The position numbers were made by a program, and so were the translations under genes. A DNA stretch of 64,000 nt from Phoronis australis (Eukaryota > Animalia > Phoronida), in assembly GCA_002633005.1 (NCBI GenBank), contig NMRA01000015.1, positions 1,174,218-1,238,217 of the forward strand, given 5' to 3'. Positions 1 to 13,500 of this stretch are shown here, piece after piece; the stretch's first letter is position 1, and the number at the start of each line of letters is the position of its first letter. The notes under the pieces are model-generated. The model was not told where the DNA came from. It saw nothing but the letters and a program-made list of their open reading frames with translations, and searched no databases.

Positions 1-618
1 CATTCGTTGTTTGCACTGAATCTGATACCGTTATATTTTGTAAGTACTATTTAGTGCATTGTAGCTAACAGGTATTAAGACAAGTATTGTACCACACACA
101 CGTATTGTTAGCTTTTAATTATCAAATGTATGATTCATGGCTAGCTCAAGAGGAGCCGAAGTGTAATCTGGTACTCAAATAGACCCACTAATCATAATGG
201 TAATCTAAATCAGAACAAAGAATAACAATTTCACAGCATAAAATATATAAAGACCACTGTACTGTAGAGGAGAATATACAGTTCAAGGGTATAATTAGAA
301 TTTACAGCAGATGGATGGGAGTGTCTCAATACTCATAGAGAGGAAGAGACACCTATTGGTTGTACTATGAAGTGCATTTGGTTTCACTTGTCTTTACAAG
401 AGCATTGGTTATTGACATTGCATGGAAGATGAACGGTGAAACACTGGATTTCTTTCCATTTTGTATTCCATAGTTTTAATTAAATAATAAAATTTTTACA
501 TCCAAATTACAACAGATGACACAAATAATTTATCACCAATTCACTTTTCATTTGTAAAAATGTCTGCGAAATTGAGATGGAGTATTATTTATTAAGAATT
601 GTTTCCCCTTTGTTTCAG

Positions 619-1932
619 TTTCTTCATTGTCATCGGTTGTGTGGTCGGTGGTGTCATTCTCATCTCACTGTTCATCCTTCTGTGCTGTTGTTTCTGCGTC
701 GGTTGTCCTGGTTACAAAAGGAGGCAAATCAGCCGAGGCCAAGTGATCAGAAGTGAGTAGACCTCTCATGTGCTGAGACTGTGAGACATCTCATTTGTCT
801 GTAGTCTGCAAGTCATCATTGAGAACCAATCAAGGGTCTGTTTCAGGAAAAGGGACAACTTAAATCATAAATTTGGTCTTGCGCACCACACAACTATTTC
901 TGAAAATAATCGAATCTCACTTAGTGCAACAATGCAAAGTCTCTGAGAATACATACATAACTGCTAGTTACTGTCAGACTTAATTTCCATAAATTATTGC
1001 TAAAATGTTATGAGCTCATAATTACTTGGCTGAACCTTCATTCAGCTGCTGTGAAGTGGGAGCGTAAGACCAAATGTCTGTCTTTTAAGTGACTTAAAAG
1101 TCACTTTCATGAAATAGTCCCCACATGCCTTAGCCAGTTAAATGTTTGAGACGGTTTTGAATTTGTTTTTTCAGATATAACTAAACAGAAGTGCAAAATG
1201 CAATTTTAACATCTTGTCATGTTCACTGCTTTCAGCCCAACAGCCAGTTTCAACAGAAGTGATGTATCAAACGGTGCCTACGCAAGCAAACAGTGGTCCA
1301 TCACATGACCAGACAAACGCATATATGCCACAAGCAGGTGGTCCACCCCAAGGGTATCCTCCACATCAAGGTTATGCCCCGCATCAGGGTTACCCTCCCG
1401 CACAATCAGCTCCTTATCCGCAGCCATATAACAGCTCGTACCCTCTAACGCAAGGGCCAGCGCATTTTGGAGAAGCACCAAGTAGCATAGAAATGAGTAA
1501 AAGAGTGGAGGTAATTCATTTTTATGCATTTTTAGTGTAGTTTGTTACATTATCATAAAATTTGGATGTAAAGTACTTGCACACATTATAGCCGCAGTTA
1601 TTTTCTAAAATTTCTAAACAAAAAAAACATGAAGATAGTTGTGCAACATCAGCTGCCCAATTCTTCCTAGTAATAAGTTGTAGGAAACATTTCACACCTG
1701 ACAATTTGCTTGATACTTTTATTTTCAAAACAACGCTTATCACAAAAACGTGAAGCTACTGAACAAATAACACTAATTTGAGGATTTCACTGCCATTTGT
1801 TTCATTTTCTCACTAGTACTGGAAAGGTGGTACCAATTTAATGTATTCCATTTTGTGCGATGGTGTACTCTCTGTCACATGTTCTATGTGTTGTTTCAGG
1901 CAAGTGCACCACCTCCCCCTTATGACTACTAG
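619..1932 (+). CDS. 3' portion of a Shisa-like / WBP1-VOPP1-type single-pass membrane protein; exons 619-752, 1236-1510, 1900-1932; upstream exons not identified
   Basis: Phase-consistent AG/GT exons give FFIVIGCVVGGVILISLFILLCCCFCVGCPGYKRRQ (TM, Cys cluster, CPxY, basic stop-transfer), then a P/Q/Y-rich tail ending ASAPPPPYDY* (PPxY motif). Family call is from this architecture. Confidence 0.75.
834..1122. mobile_element. Degraded MITE resembling the 4418-4645 element
   Basis: GGGTCTGTTTCAGGAAA...TTTCATGAAATAGTCCC terminal complementarity, with ACTTAA/TTAAGT subterminal motifs. Confidence 0.4.
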
Positions 1933-4417
1933 TACAACTAGTGACCTCTGGTGAGAGTGCAAGTCTGACAAGCTTCGTTCCAATGAGATGGGAAATCACT
2001 CTCAATTCCACAGAGAGAGAGTGCTGTTTTACCGCTTGCACCAAGCTACTTAGTTTGGATTGAAAGGCTTGTGTTTGACTAGCACAAACATTGTGGAAAT
2101 TTCTTGTAATTGTGCTAACCAGTTATATACATCAAAGGACTTTTCTCTTGTTGATAGTTTGAAATGGTCCTTTGCTGAATGTATAAGGGTCTCTTGTGCA
2201 AAATCAGATTTTGTGATTTAAGATGTGCATCTGGGCAGCGGCCGACCTTAGATGTGCATCTGGGCAGTTTAAGGTGCCCACAATTTTGAAAAACTGCCAT
2301 ACATCGAACTGAAGTCATTACAAGCTATGGTTTGTGAACTCATTACGATAAAACGTGCCGACTTCACAGGGACAAAAGTAAAGGAACGAAATGCCGATCC
2401 ACCATGACAGATAATTTCACTAACGTACTTGAAGACAGATGTTGCCAGGTGTGCCTTATAATTGCTGTATGATCTTCTGTATGGGATCTGATAGTCACTG
2501 TGTGAACTCCCATGATCCCTTTTCAATACAAGCAACTATTATTTAGGCCAAAATGTTCATACAAAATGACCCACAATTCCTTGTCTTAACTGCTGGGCGG
2601 AAGCGAATATTATCGTCCGAGTAGGCTTCGCTCATGACCAAGAATGAAAGGAAATCAACAACAAATTTAGCATAATGATTAAGCCATTCTGTAAGTAGAA
2701 TTTTGCCGCCTTAATAGTCATTACCAGTAATTTTCCTGTTGCAGAATTGGCGGTAATGACGAAGAAAGGGTATTTTGTCCGATTGCTTTTGTCTTGTCCT
2801 GTACTGTGCCAGTGAATACTTCTTACTGTAAACTGTCACGAGGGTTGATTGCAGATCATTTTATCCGATTAGTATTGACGAGGTCCACAAGGTGTATGGC
2901 AACACCGGGCTATTGTACTTAAACACTGTGGATTGTAAATTTTTTATTTTTGCTGCTATAAGTAGCCTTGGAAGTATTTAATTTTGATATCAATACTGTC
3001 CTGATAGAGTAAAGCTAAAACGGACCATGACGTGTCATTGACATATTTAGACAACTATAATCTGATTGATGATGGACTGCTAAGTTTGGTGTCCATGGAA
3101 CCATCAGCTAGTTTCGCCAAGGTTACCATATTTTGCTTAAAAGTGTCATTTTGGACAAGAGGCAGAATACGTTTGAAAATCTGAGGCAAAGTAGCATTCT
3201 GGTCATAATGTGAGTTGTACAGTTGTTTTTTTATTCCAGTTTTGAAGTAGATAAGAGTTCAGTTGACCATCATTGTTTTGTATTGTTCATTTTGACTATT
3301 GTTATATTATTGCATTGTAGGTTGCTTAGTTACCATATAGTACATGGATTGTTGAAGAGCTGTGCAGTTCACTATTGTGTATAGAACGGTCATTTTATGA
3401 TTGCATGGCTGTTTCAACCAGTTAACAGTTTGTGACGTTTCTGAGCTCTTTAGTGAAGTGACATCAGTACAAGTTAAACTCTTTCACTGCCAAGCTTCAA
3501 CGTCTGTAAACTGTGTTAAATTCATTTTTACCCTTAGCTTTTGAAAATATTTGGTATGCGTCCCGACTTCTTACGCATCATGGCTAATGGAGCTAGGGAA
3601 GTTGTTGGAAATTTAAACCAAGACAAATAAAAAATCATTTTGAAAGTCTTACTACGAGTTCAAGTAATCATTTAGTCATTTTAGTTGTACTATTTTATAA
3701 TCATTTATGCTTGACAACACCCATTTATTTTAAAATTAGCATCCGTGTATTTTTGTGCTTAATTCCTGGAAAGTGAACACATTGTAAGAAGAAACCATGC
3801 CGGACTTTCATGGAATCTCAATCATTGTAAAATAGGAGACTTGTACTTTTTCCATTACCTTGCCATTGTTTGGGTAGTTAAGACATTGTTGTGAAAAGTT
3901 TTAAGACATTGTTTTGACAAGTAATGCTGTAGTTCCTGTTTCAGTAGATTTTCAACAGTTTGATGGTCACTGTTATGCATTTTCAAACTATTCCTGAAGA
4001 AGTGCGAATATACATTGTATTGATTCTCAATATTTCTTACTCTTTGGGGAAATTTTACACGGTGTCAACATTATCATTGGCCAGTGTTGAACTCTCCTTT
4101 TTCGCAATGGTAGAAAAACAGTTAGCACGAAAAATAGGGTGCAGTAATGCATTCCAGATTTCAGGACCTAATAAAAAACAATACGTCACATACCCATAAA
4201 CAATTGTGTTTTCTCAAATTATTGTCTTTTGTATTGTAATGGACTCTACAACAGTTTTATTGGCATTAGAATCGTAATTGTTGAGTTTTGATGTGCAGTA
4301 GGGAGACCATGCCAGCAGTCACGGTGAAGAATAGCTAGATCAGAGTCTGATCCATTAAAGCAGCATTGTGGGTAAATAACTGGAGACTCTTAATGGCATT
4401 GTGGTATTTCAGTACAG

Positions 4418-4645
4418 GGACCCATTCCAAGAAACTGACTTAAGTTCATGTTTGGCATAAATCTAAGATTTGTCTCAACTTCCAAGCCTTCAAACCTTGA
4501 AACCTTCCACATCTGGTAAGATAGTCAAAAATAATACAAAACTTAGTAAAAAAACTATTAGTCAAACGGATGTGAGACAAATTTTACGTTTACCTTAAAA
4601 TTGATAGATTTGTGTTACACAAGTCAGTTTTCTTGAAACGGGCCC
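4418..4645. mobile_element. MITE, PIF/Harbinger-like, CAG TSD
   Basis: GGACCCATTCCAAGAAACTGACTT ... AAGTCAGTTTTCTTGAAACGGGCCC, flanked by CAG on both sides. Confidence 0.65.
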
Positions 4646-7420
4646 CAGGGCTATAAGTTGTAATTTAAGGTTTCAAACATTGTTTTCAAAAAAACAATGC
4701 ATTCGGCAATGAAATAACATCAGTTACAAGGCTTAACATTGAAGGAGACACAAATCCCAAGATCCCGACAGTGCCTGGGAAAGAACCTTACATCACCATA
4801 CAATGATTGTTATTTCTTACAATAACTCCAAACAAGGACCAGTCCCTTGGCAATGTCAGTTTGCATAACCAAAGAATAGCAATTTTACTTCCGGTCAATA
4901 CTATTCATCTAATTTCAGTCAGTGCACATTAATGCATCTTTTCCTGCTTGTACTACCATAATCTGTCCACTTTGTGTTTATGATCAGGGGTTTAATGCTT
5001 CTGCTCAGTTATGTTACGTGGCCAACCAGGCAAGAATTTGCAGTTGATGGCCAGAGACCCCCAAATTTTATGAAAGACTTCTCGAAAATTGGCCAATCAC
5101 ATAGCGTGAAACTGAAAAAAAATACTTGTCAATTTTTAAATAGTCTTGAGTAAAGTTTGGAAGTCTCGGGGCAAGTGTAGAAGTAGGATATAAATATTGA
5201 TGTTTTAGAATGGACAAATTGTCCACTCTTGCTCCTTTACTTCATTTGAAAATGTTCAGATTATTCTACTATAATTTCAAAAACTAAATTTCAAATTACT
5301 TCTTAATCTTGACCCATGACATCCATTGGCCAGAAAATTTTGGTCACAAGACATCAATTTATTTAAAGTAATCCCAAGGTTTTTTTCAAGCTCCAACAGT
5401 AACATCGACTTCATTGCTTTACCCGAAAAAATGTTGGATTCTATGCCACGTCAATTCATGTGAAAATTTATTCAAGTATGCAAACTTCGATCGTGCAGAC
5501 AGGCATGAGAGATATCTTAATCTTGACTGTGCTGTTTGATGACAGTAGGAATATGCAGATAAAATAGCAAGTCCTTATCAGACATATATATCTATATATA
5601 TTCATATTCACCACGAAACATCTACACATTCTCACTAGTGATGCAATATATACATTTCAAGTTCTAGTTATCATAGCCGATGCTTTAGACAATCTATAAC
5701 TAGAACTCAACCCAAAGTGAAATCCAGAATACCGAGTGTAGGCCAACATCTTGCGCAATTCTAAATAATACACTGAACATTCCCATGAAATTATATTGCC
5801 CAATAACCATGACATGTTTTTAAAACAACCAGTGACTCTGAAAGAAGACTAATCTCCCATTCAACTATTCTCCTGACAGTTTACTGACATCCTCCAAGAC
5901 AGAAGAGCTCTTTGAATAAGACTGCTTCAGATGAAATTGACTGAAATGATTGGGAATGTGAAGACATGCAATGGTTAGTTGTCATGAAGCAACACTCCGA
6001 AATTTAGTGCGCCAGTGATGCAGCGCACATATGCCAAAAATGAACCCTGAGATAATTGTACGTATTTGATTTACAAAGTCCCATGCAAGATGTTCCCTGC
6101 TCACCCGTTCATATCTGGTCACTCGATGGAAACAGAAAAAATAAATACAATCAGCAACTTTTACTGGGTAAAGCACAAGAGACTCCAAACTTAAACTTTT
6201 TAAACTTACAAAACAGCAAAAGGTAACACAAACATAAAACATTGCACTAATGACCAGATAATTTTCTATGTGGTGTTGCTGAGACAAGTCAAGACATTTG
6301 TAAACCAACGAATTCCACAGAAGAGGTCAAATGCCGAACAAGCTTTGTTGACCTTTTGATCAGAGGGGAGTAACAAGACGACTACATGCGAAAAGAACTC
6401 TACCACATTTTGAAAATCCTGTGGTTCACAGTATAATATACAGACTCGACAATTTACAATTAACATAAATTACATTAAAATAGTTTTATGACAGTAATAA
6501 TAACATTAATGATAGTATTTCCCACAACTCCCAGAAGCGATATCACATACAAACCTACAAATTTTTGAAAAGCTTATATATGCAATATTTGTGTCAAGTA
6601 CGTTTCACTAACACAGAACTAATAGAAGTGAAGTTTTCCCAACTGAAAGGAAACCGTGCTTCTAACCCAATCAGCACCAAACTCAATGTTCAAGAAATGG
6701 CAAACAACAGCGAGTACAGGAATGATTCCACGTAGTCCAGGTGGACCGTATGACCAAACAATATGTACATTTATCGACAGCTTGTCACAGACTCACTCAT
6801 GGACAGCAGGCGGCAATTTTTACGCACCGAAAATTTTCCGCCATTTGGAAATCCGCAAATGTTTGGGTTGAAACTTAACCAATATCCAGTAGATACGTAA
6901 ACAAAAAACTAATTTAAATCATCATTAAGAATTCTCTAAGTTGTCCCAACAAAGAACGAAAGCGTGCACACAGACGAGTACTGTTCTACAATTAAACCAG
7001 CCACCTGCTGTCTAAGAGCGCCACCTAGTGATTTAATTGCAATAAACAAGTAGATCTAGAAAACATTACAAGGTTGAAGAAAGTGAAGAGGCTGTAACTT
7101 AAGTACAGACTTACTTCAATATCATGTCGGTTGTGAAGCCTGCGAGCACATGCACACGGTATGTAAAGTTGTGTGGTTTAAATCCACATGAACCACCATG
7201 CTTTGTAGAGTTGTAGAAATAAAGCAATGTTAAAACACTTGGGTCATTTTTAGAACCATGAAACAGTCAAACTTTCAGCAAGCGCTCGCACGCAAAAGAA
7301 CGACAAGAAACCACCTACAGTCGAGTAATCATTTCTGGCAATAACCTGAACTAGTTACAGTTAGTAATAGTGTGTGTGAACTATGATAAGAATACAAGAC
7401 AGTTGTTCCTGGGTCTGGCT

Positions 7421-7503
7421 TCACTGTGGTGAAGTGGTTACAGCTGGAGTAGTCGGTGATGGGTTAGGTTTGTCGCCAGTCCCTACACTGGTGGCGATCC
7501 ACA
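7421..7503 (-). CDS. VAMP: VAMP terminal exon B: short T/P/S-rich luminal tail ([27 protein letters not shown])
   Basis: ttgccatttcag|TGTGG acceptor in phase 1; begins V-W like terminal exon A; open to TGA at 7423-7421. Confidence 0.8.
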
Positions 7504-10500
7504 CTGAAATGGCAAGAAAATCCTCAATCACATGTGACCAGGCATTGTGGGACACCTGCTTCACACACTGCAAAGGCAGAAGCTGGGAATTCACCCAACT
7601 TCTCTATCTTCAATAAATCACCATTTTCACACGATTAGAAGACGTTTATGATAAACCGTTCTACTCGGCTGTGAGAAGTTTGCTTCGTAAGTACTACTCA
7701 ACATGGTGCCGTGAACCTTCAACAAAACCAGCCAACATCAAAAGTCCCCAGCAAAACACAACTGAGAAGTAAAGACAACTTCACTCTCCCTTGATGTTAC
7801 CTTATCTGAACTTCAACAGAGAGCCTGAAATATATCAGGAGTCAAACAATTCCCACCAAATCAATAAATAATTCACTGATACATCCACCTTCCATAAAAG
7901 CTGTTGCAAGGTTATGCAGACCATTCTCAACAGCGCCGTGCATAAAGCCAAATATCAAACTACGAAGGTAAAAGCTGATACTTTCTTAAAGTAGAGTGGG
8001 ATTTGTGACCATTCGCCATTAATTGGGGCATATAAAAATTAGCAAAAGTAGAAAGGTACATTCATACCAAAACAAAGGTATATTCATACCAAAACAATGG
8101 CATCAGTAACATAACCAAATCTCATTTGATAAAAATTTTCGAGATGAAATCTCAAAAAATGCCATTTTTTTAAATTATCACTTCATTTTCGTTTTATGCA
8201 AATATTGATCTTTTTAATGAATAACATAAAAATTCCATTTAGATGCAAAAGATGAACATATTATGAACAATTCCTAATGTATTGTAGAGCAGTGCATAAA
8301 GTGTATTACCTGACAGTATCATCTGAATCCCATCAGCCATATCATGTTTCCAAGTTACCAAATTTGCACATTTTTGTATGGTCCTACATAACTAACATTG
8401 GACCTAGTGTTAAAAAGTTGACCTATAAATCTGACCATTCATAACTCCAGTACTTAAACTGGTCTACCTTACCCTTTTCCAAATAACATTTTCAGATAGG
8501 GTTCTCAGGAGTCATTTTGACTACGCAACTCCAGTTTGTTTCAAATTTGGAGGATGGCATATAAACAAAAACCTATAAGTATGGTTGCTTTTCAGGACAC
8601 CAGCTAACTACACCTGTTCACAACGAAAATTTCTTACCCTTTGCACTGAAACAGTAATTATCTCATAAGAATTAACAAAAGCAAAGCACACCACTAGGGC
8701 CCTCCCTAATTACACAACAACAGAACTCTCCTTTGTCCTAGATATAAGAAATGTGTTGTTTTCTGAATGGCCTTGTTTTGGAGTGCCAGACACATTTCCA
8801 TGTCGGAGGTGTATGGCCGTGAAAATATTCCCCGATTCAACTGCTTAAAAGTTTGGGAATTTAAATGGTATCTTCGAGAAAGGTGACTTTGTTAAGTTTA
8901 AAATTATCCGGAAATTTTGCTTTATCCACACGCTCTATGTTTTCTTGTCTTTGATTGATTTCGGGAAGGGGAAGAATTTATCATCACGCGTCCATGCATT
9001 TGTCCAGTTTATCTAACACACTCCCGTAGGACCTGCAGCCCACAGCACAGCAGTAATACTCACTGACAGATATTGCGGCGCTGTGGGTAAATACAGCGAG
9101 ATTCGAGAGTAGCTGTGTTATCTAGGACGACCCTATTGCAATGTGGCTACTTCGGTGCATCACAAACGACAAAACTACAAGAAATTCATCAGGTGTACTA
9201 ATACAAGTAGACTACCAACAACATTAAAATGAATTACTGTACAGCAAAGTACAGGCCTGTTCTATTGACAGCAGAACCTGCCTTCCAACTGTATCAATGT
9301 GTCAATACTTCAAGGTTGAAGCCAGCAGCTTACAGCAACGTTGTGCCACTTAGTTTTATACATGAACAGATCTAAGCCTTCTCACTGAGCCGACTTTACT
9401 GTACTCTAAAACAAATTGTAACACTTTCATACAATCTCAATAAAAGTGAATGGTTTTTAAGCCTAGGTATCACCTAGAACGGCGTAGTGTCAATCAAACA
9501 GAAGGACCAGAAGAGGTCAAACAGAAGGACCAGAAGAGCTCAAATAGAAGAATCCACTGGAGACAGATTCATGAAGTTATAAACCTTTGGGTCTTTTTAC
9601 AAACGTGACGTCGAAAGGACAAACAGACAGACAGACCGGGATGATGGTACTATACATCCACACAAGTGTGAACGTAAAAATTATTCTTATTTTTTTTTCA
9701 TTTTCAAAACATGCACTCCTTACCTTTCCAACTATTTAAGGACATATCAATTGAAACTTCAGTTAAAAAGTTTTTAAAGACACAGCGAACTAAGCAAAAA
9801 AAAGTGAGGAAATAGATCCTACTTTTACGATACTCATGAAAATGAAAAGAATACGATGATGTAGCAAATGTAGGGTGAAATGAGGGCACAACAAGGTGAC
9901 GACAAAATGAAATTAAATGAATTTATGCTCCTGGTCCCAGTAGCAAAAAAGAAACTAAAGTGGAAATCAAGACTCAAAAAAAAAAACAAATCGCAACAGC
10001 ATGTGAACTGTAGACTTAAACAGTCACAGCTAAACTACTTGCAGCAGAAAAGGGTGTGCAAAATTGAGTCAGCAACTAAATGCCACAACTTAAAGACTTG
10101 AAAAAGTAAGATGGCAGAAAATGACTCAAGAACACCAACACGCAAAATAATAATGACAACACAACCATGTACCCTGTCTACGCTCAAGCCTGGGCACCCG
10201 CTGGAGGGCCCTGGCCGGTCCCCTGGCCGGTCCCCTGGCCGGCCCCCGGGCCAGGCACCTGGCCAGCAGGGACAACGGGTTGCTGAGGTTGCCCAGGGGC
10301 AACGGCACCAGGCGGGTAGGCATTTGGCTGGTAGACAGCGGGTGCCGTCGTCGGTTCAGCTGAGGTTCCGAATTTCTGCCACAACCACACTGAATGAATG
10401 CATGGGAGAGAGAGAAAGTGGGGGTGTTAAGCATTACCCAAGACACCATTACACTCTTATGATATACTAAGGATGAAGTGACTGGATATGGTAATCACAA

Positions 10501-13500
10501 AACATGAAGGAATAAAGCTTTGAGTGTCCCATAGCACCAAGGCAAGCAATTGCTATAGGTTAGGAAAGTTACGCAAAATCACCAACAAACTGAACAGCTC
10601 CTAAACCACATAAAACCAACATTTTACTGCATTTGTTTTTTGCTTTAATACTTTCAAAAAATTATGTTGTGACAGTACGAGGAATGACAACATGTCTCAT
10701 GATGGGAGATGACAAAAGAATGAACAATGTCAATCAAGTTGCTATTGGAAACACGCTGATATGACGATAAGTGAAACACCTACAGCTGGTACACACACAC
10801 TTAAGTACAGCTAGTATGAAGACTACAATATTGTCATGAAGCTTGATTACACTTAAGTATAGCTAGTATGAAGACTACAATATTGTCATGAAGCTTGATT
10901 ACACTTAAGTATAGCTAGTATGAAGACTACAATATTGCCATGAAGCTTGATTACACTTCCATGTTGATACCAAGGAGCGTAGTAGTATAGGAGAGTTCAC
11001 TTCTGAGTTCGCTGTTACCGCTACTACTAGCGCCGCCAAGTGGTGAACAAGCTACGGTCAATCAGGAAGCGCCAAAACAATGGGGACGGACGCATTTTGC
11101 AGTGCGATAAATTGCATGAATTCATCCACGAAAACCCCAGACGTGTCATTTTGTAGGTTTCCTAAGGATCCAGAAAGGTAAGGATTATCTGTTATTCAAT
11201 AATATGATACATTGTCTTTCATTTTGTGTGTTCTGTTCACGGTTGTTAGACAAGTCGATCGCAGTCCCGGTGCCCGGCACTGTCTGTTGTCTGCAGTGTA
11301 GGCTAGACCTACTGGGCAGCCGGCGGAAGAGGACTATGATTAACGTACGATGTGATCGTCAGCTTTTTGGATACTTGCAGTCCATGTATTCCAAATCAAA
11401 ATGTCACTCTAACGATCGCAGGGATAATTTTAGGAAAACATTCCCATGGCCATGGGTGAATATGAATCGTGGTGACACGGCCATGGCACAATCACAGCCA
11501 CAGGCCACAGGGCCTTTTAAGTCTTTCATTAGTCAAGTCAGAGAATCTGTGGGTCTCGGTGAAAAGTTGTGCAGCCCTTAAAATATCCGTGGATCGACAT
11601 TTGAGTCCTAGTTTTTTTAGTTGACACCAAGACGCTTTTGTCTCTATCACAATCACAGTACGACAGGACTTCTGTAGTGTAGTTTAGTGTAGGCTACCAG
11701 TCTCTGTGAACCTGGTGAGTATGAGGTTTGTTCCTGAGTCTCTCATTGATTTCTGTTCAGGTGCAAGCACTGGGAGCCGACCTTATGAATAGAGTGCATC
11801 CTACTTGTCCAAGAACTGCAACTTATGCTCTCATCACTTCGAGGAGTCCATGTTGATGAATGAAGAACAAGCTGGTATTGAATGCAGTGCCCGAGCAGTA
11901 TTTGATGTCCCCAGTCCACCAAAAATGAAGACGTCAAAAAGTTCTACGGAAATTATGTTACAGCTGTGGAATAGGCTTTTTGCATTTCTGATTATCGTCT
12001 CACAAAGCAAGTACTGGAACATCACGTGTAGAAAGGACAATTAGTCAAAATCTGGTTTTCGTATTTTACTAAGGTTGATCAGATTGAAACATTTTATGAA
12101 TGGTTAGCCTGTGATTTGAAGAGAGCCAAAGTGAAACTGATGGGTCTTTTAGAGTCTGAATGGTGGGCTGACATTTTGTTAAACCCAAGCTATCCATATC
12201 ATTTTGCTTCTCAATGACACTGAAACACCTCTGTGAGTAAATTAGTTATCAGCTTCAACGCATTTCGTTGGCAAAAAGAGCTGTTGTTTTCTAGTGAATA
12301 GAGAGTGAGAAGGTTGGTTAGATTTTCTTGTTGTATTGGTGTATGTGTTGCCTATTTTGTACGTTTTTGGAGATTGTGATTAATTTAAGCTCCAGTTGTG
12401 GCTAAGTAACAAATATGATCTTGTGGTCTAGCTTTAGCTTACCTGAAATATTTACTGTTATTGATAATATGAACAGTGGGTATAGAAAATAAAAATTTTA
12501 GTTTTATCATCCATTAAAAGTCTTTTTAATTCAGTTTTGTATGAAGTTGTGTGGCTAGTGAATATTTTGATTGCTGTTCAGCACCTCTTAACTTTTTTGT
12601 CATGACATTTTGAGCTTGGACTGGTTATGGTGGGGATATACTCAATGTGGGGGGGGCTCGAATTCCCGACGATGTAGACCTTTTGCTAACAAGTGAGTGG
12701 GCGGACTAAAAAAAAAAACGGGGACCACCACTGTGAATTGCGCGTTTCCGTTTCTTTAGTGGACTTTTGTCCCATTTTCTCGGACTTTTTGTCTCGTTCA
12801 AGCCCCCCGAGCCCCCTGGGTGCGCGCGTGGGAGAGTGCAATCGAGTTTACCCTATGCTGGAATGTCCAAGAAATAATGGGATGTTCTAAAATTATATTA
12901 CGATTTTGTGGTAGTGATGAATTGCTTTCTTCTTCTTACATGTGTAACACCCACTACACCAAACAATTATTCACATTGTTAGTATCCTGGTGCATTGAAT
13001 AAGGAACACATGCGAAATTGGGTGGAGGTGAAACCAGCAGTGAGCTGGGAGCAACATGTTTGTCAATGGTCAGGGGAGCAACCAAAATTTATGACAATGG
13101 GAATGGCTCAACACCCATGTGGCATACCCCATTGGTTTTTACCTGTTTAGCACTCCTCCCATGTAACCCCCCTGGGAGATGGTCAACACCCATTTGGCGC
13201 CCACATGGTTTTTGCCTTGTACCCCCTTAGCTGTCACCTGTGGGGAATTACCCTCTGAACCCCCAGGAGCAATCATTCAAATTTTATTGTCCATGGAGGT
13301 ATGAACTGTTATAAGGAAAGATAATTTGCCTTGTTAAGAACTCAAACATGAAACAAAACCGTGATAGATTTTGAAGGGAGCTTCAAAAGAATAAAAACAA
13401 ATACACTTTAATATTGATTAAAATACACATTTTCATTCTCATTCGATTATAAGTGGATGTTAGTTTACGTATTCTAACCATTTTCAATCACACAGTAATT

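Noticed and set aside
1-45. GTAAGT donor at 40 as the upstream exon of the Shisa-like gene
   Set aside because: The frame needed to join exon 619 contains a TGA at 23-25.
9560-9685. Possible Helentron/DINE-like 3' end (CAGA repeats, short CACAC-aa-GTGTG hairpin)
   Set aside because: Too short and degenerate to delimit or classify without a repeat library.
10111-10470. Plus-strand 119-aa ORF and alternative minus-frame ORF
   Set aside because: Shadow frames of the GC-rich VAMP tail exon.
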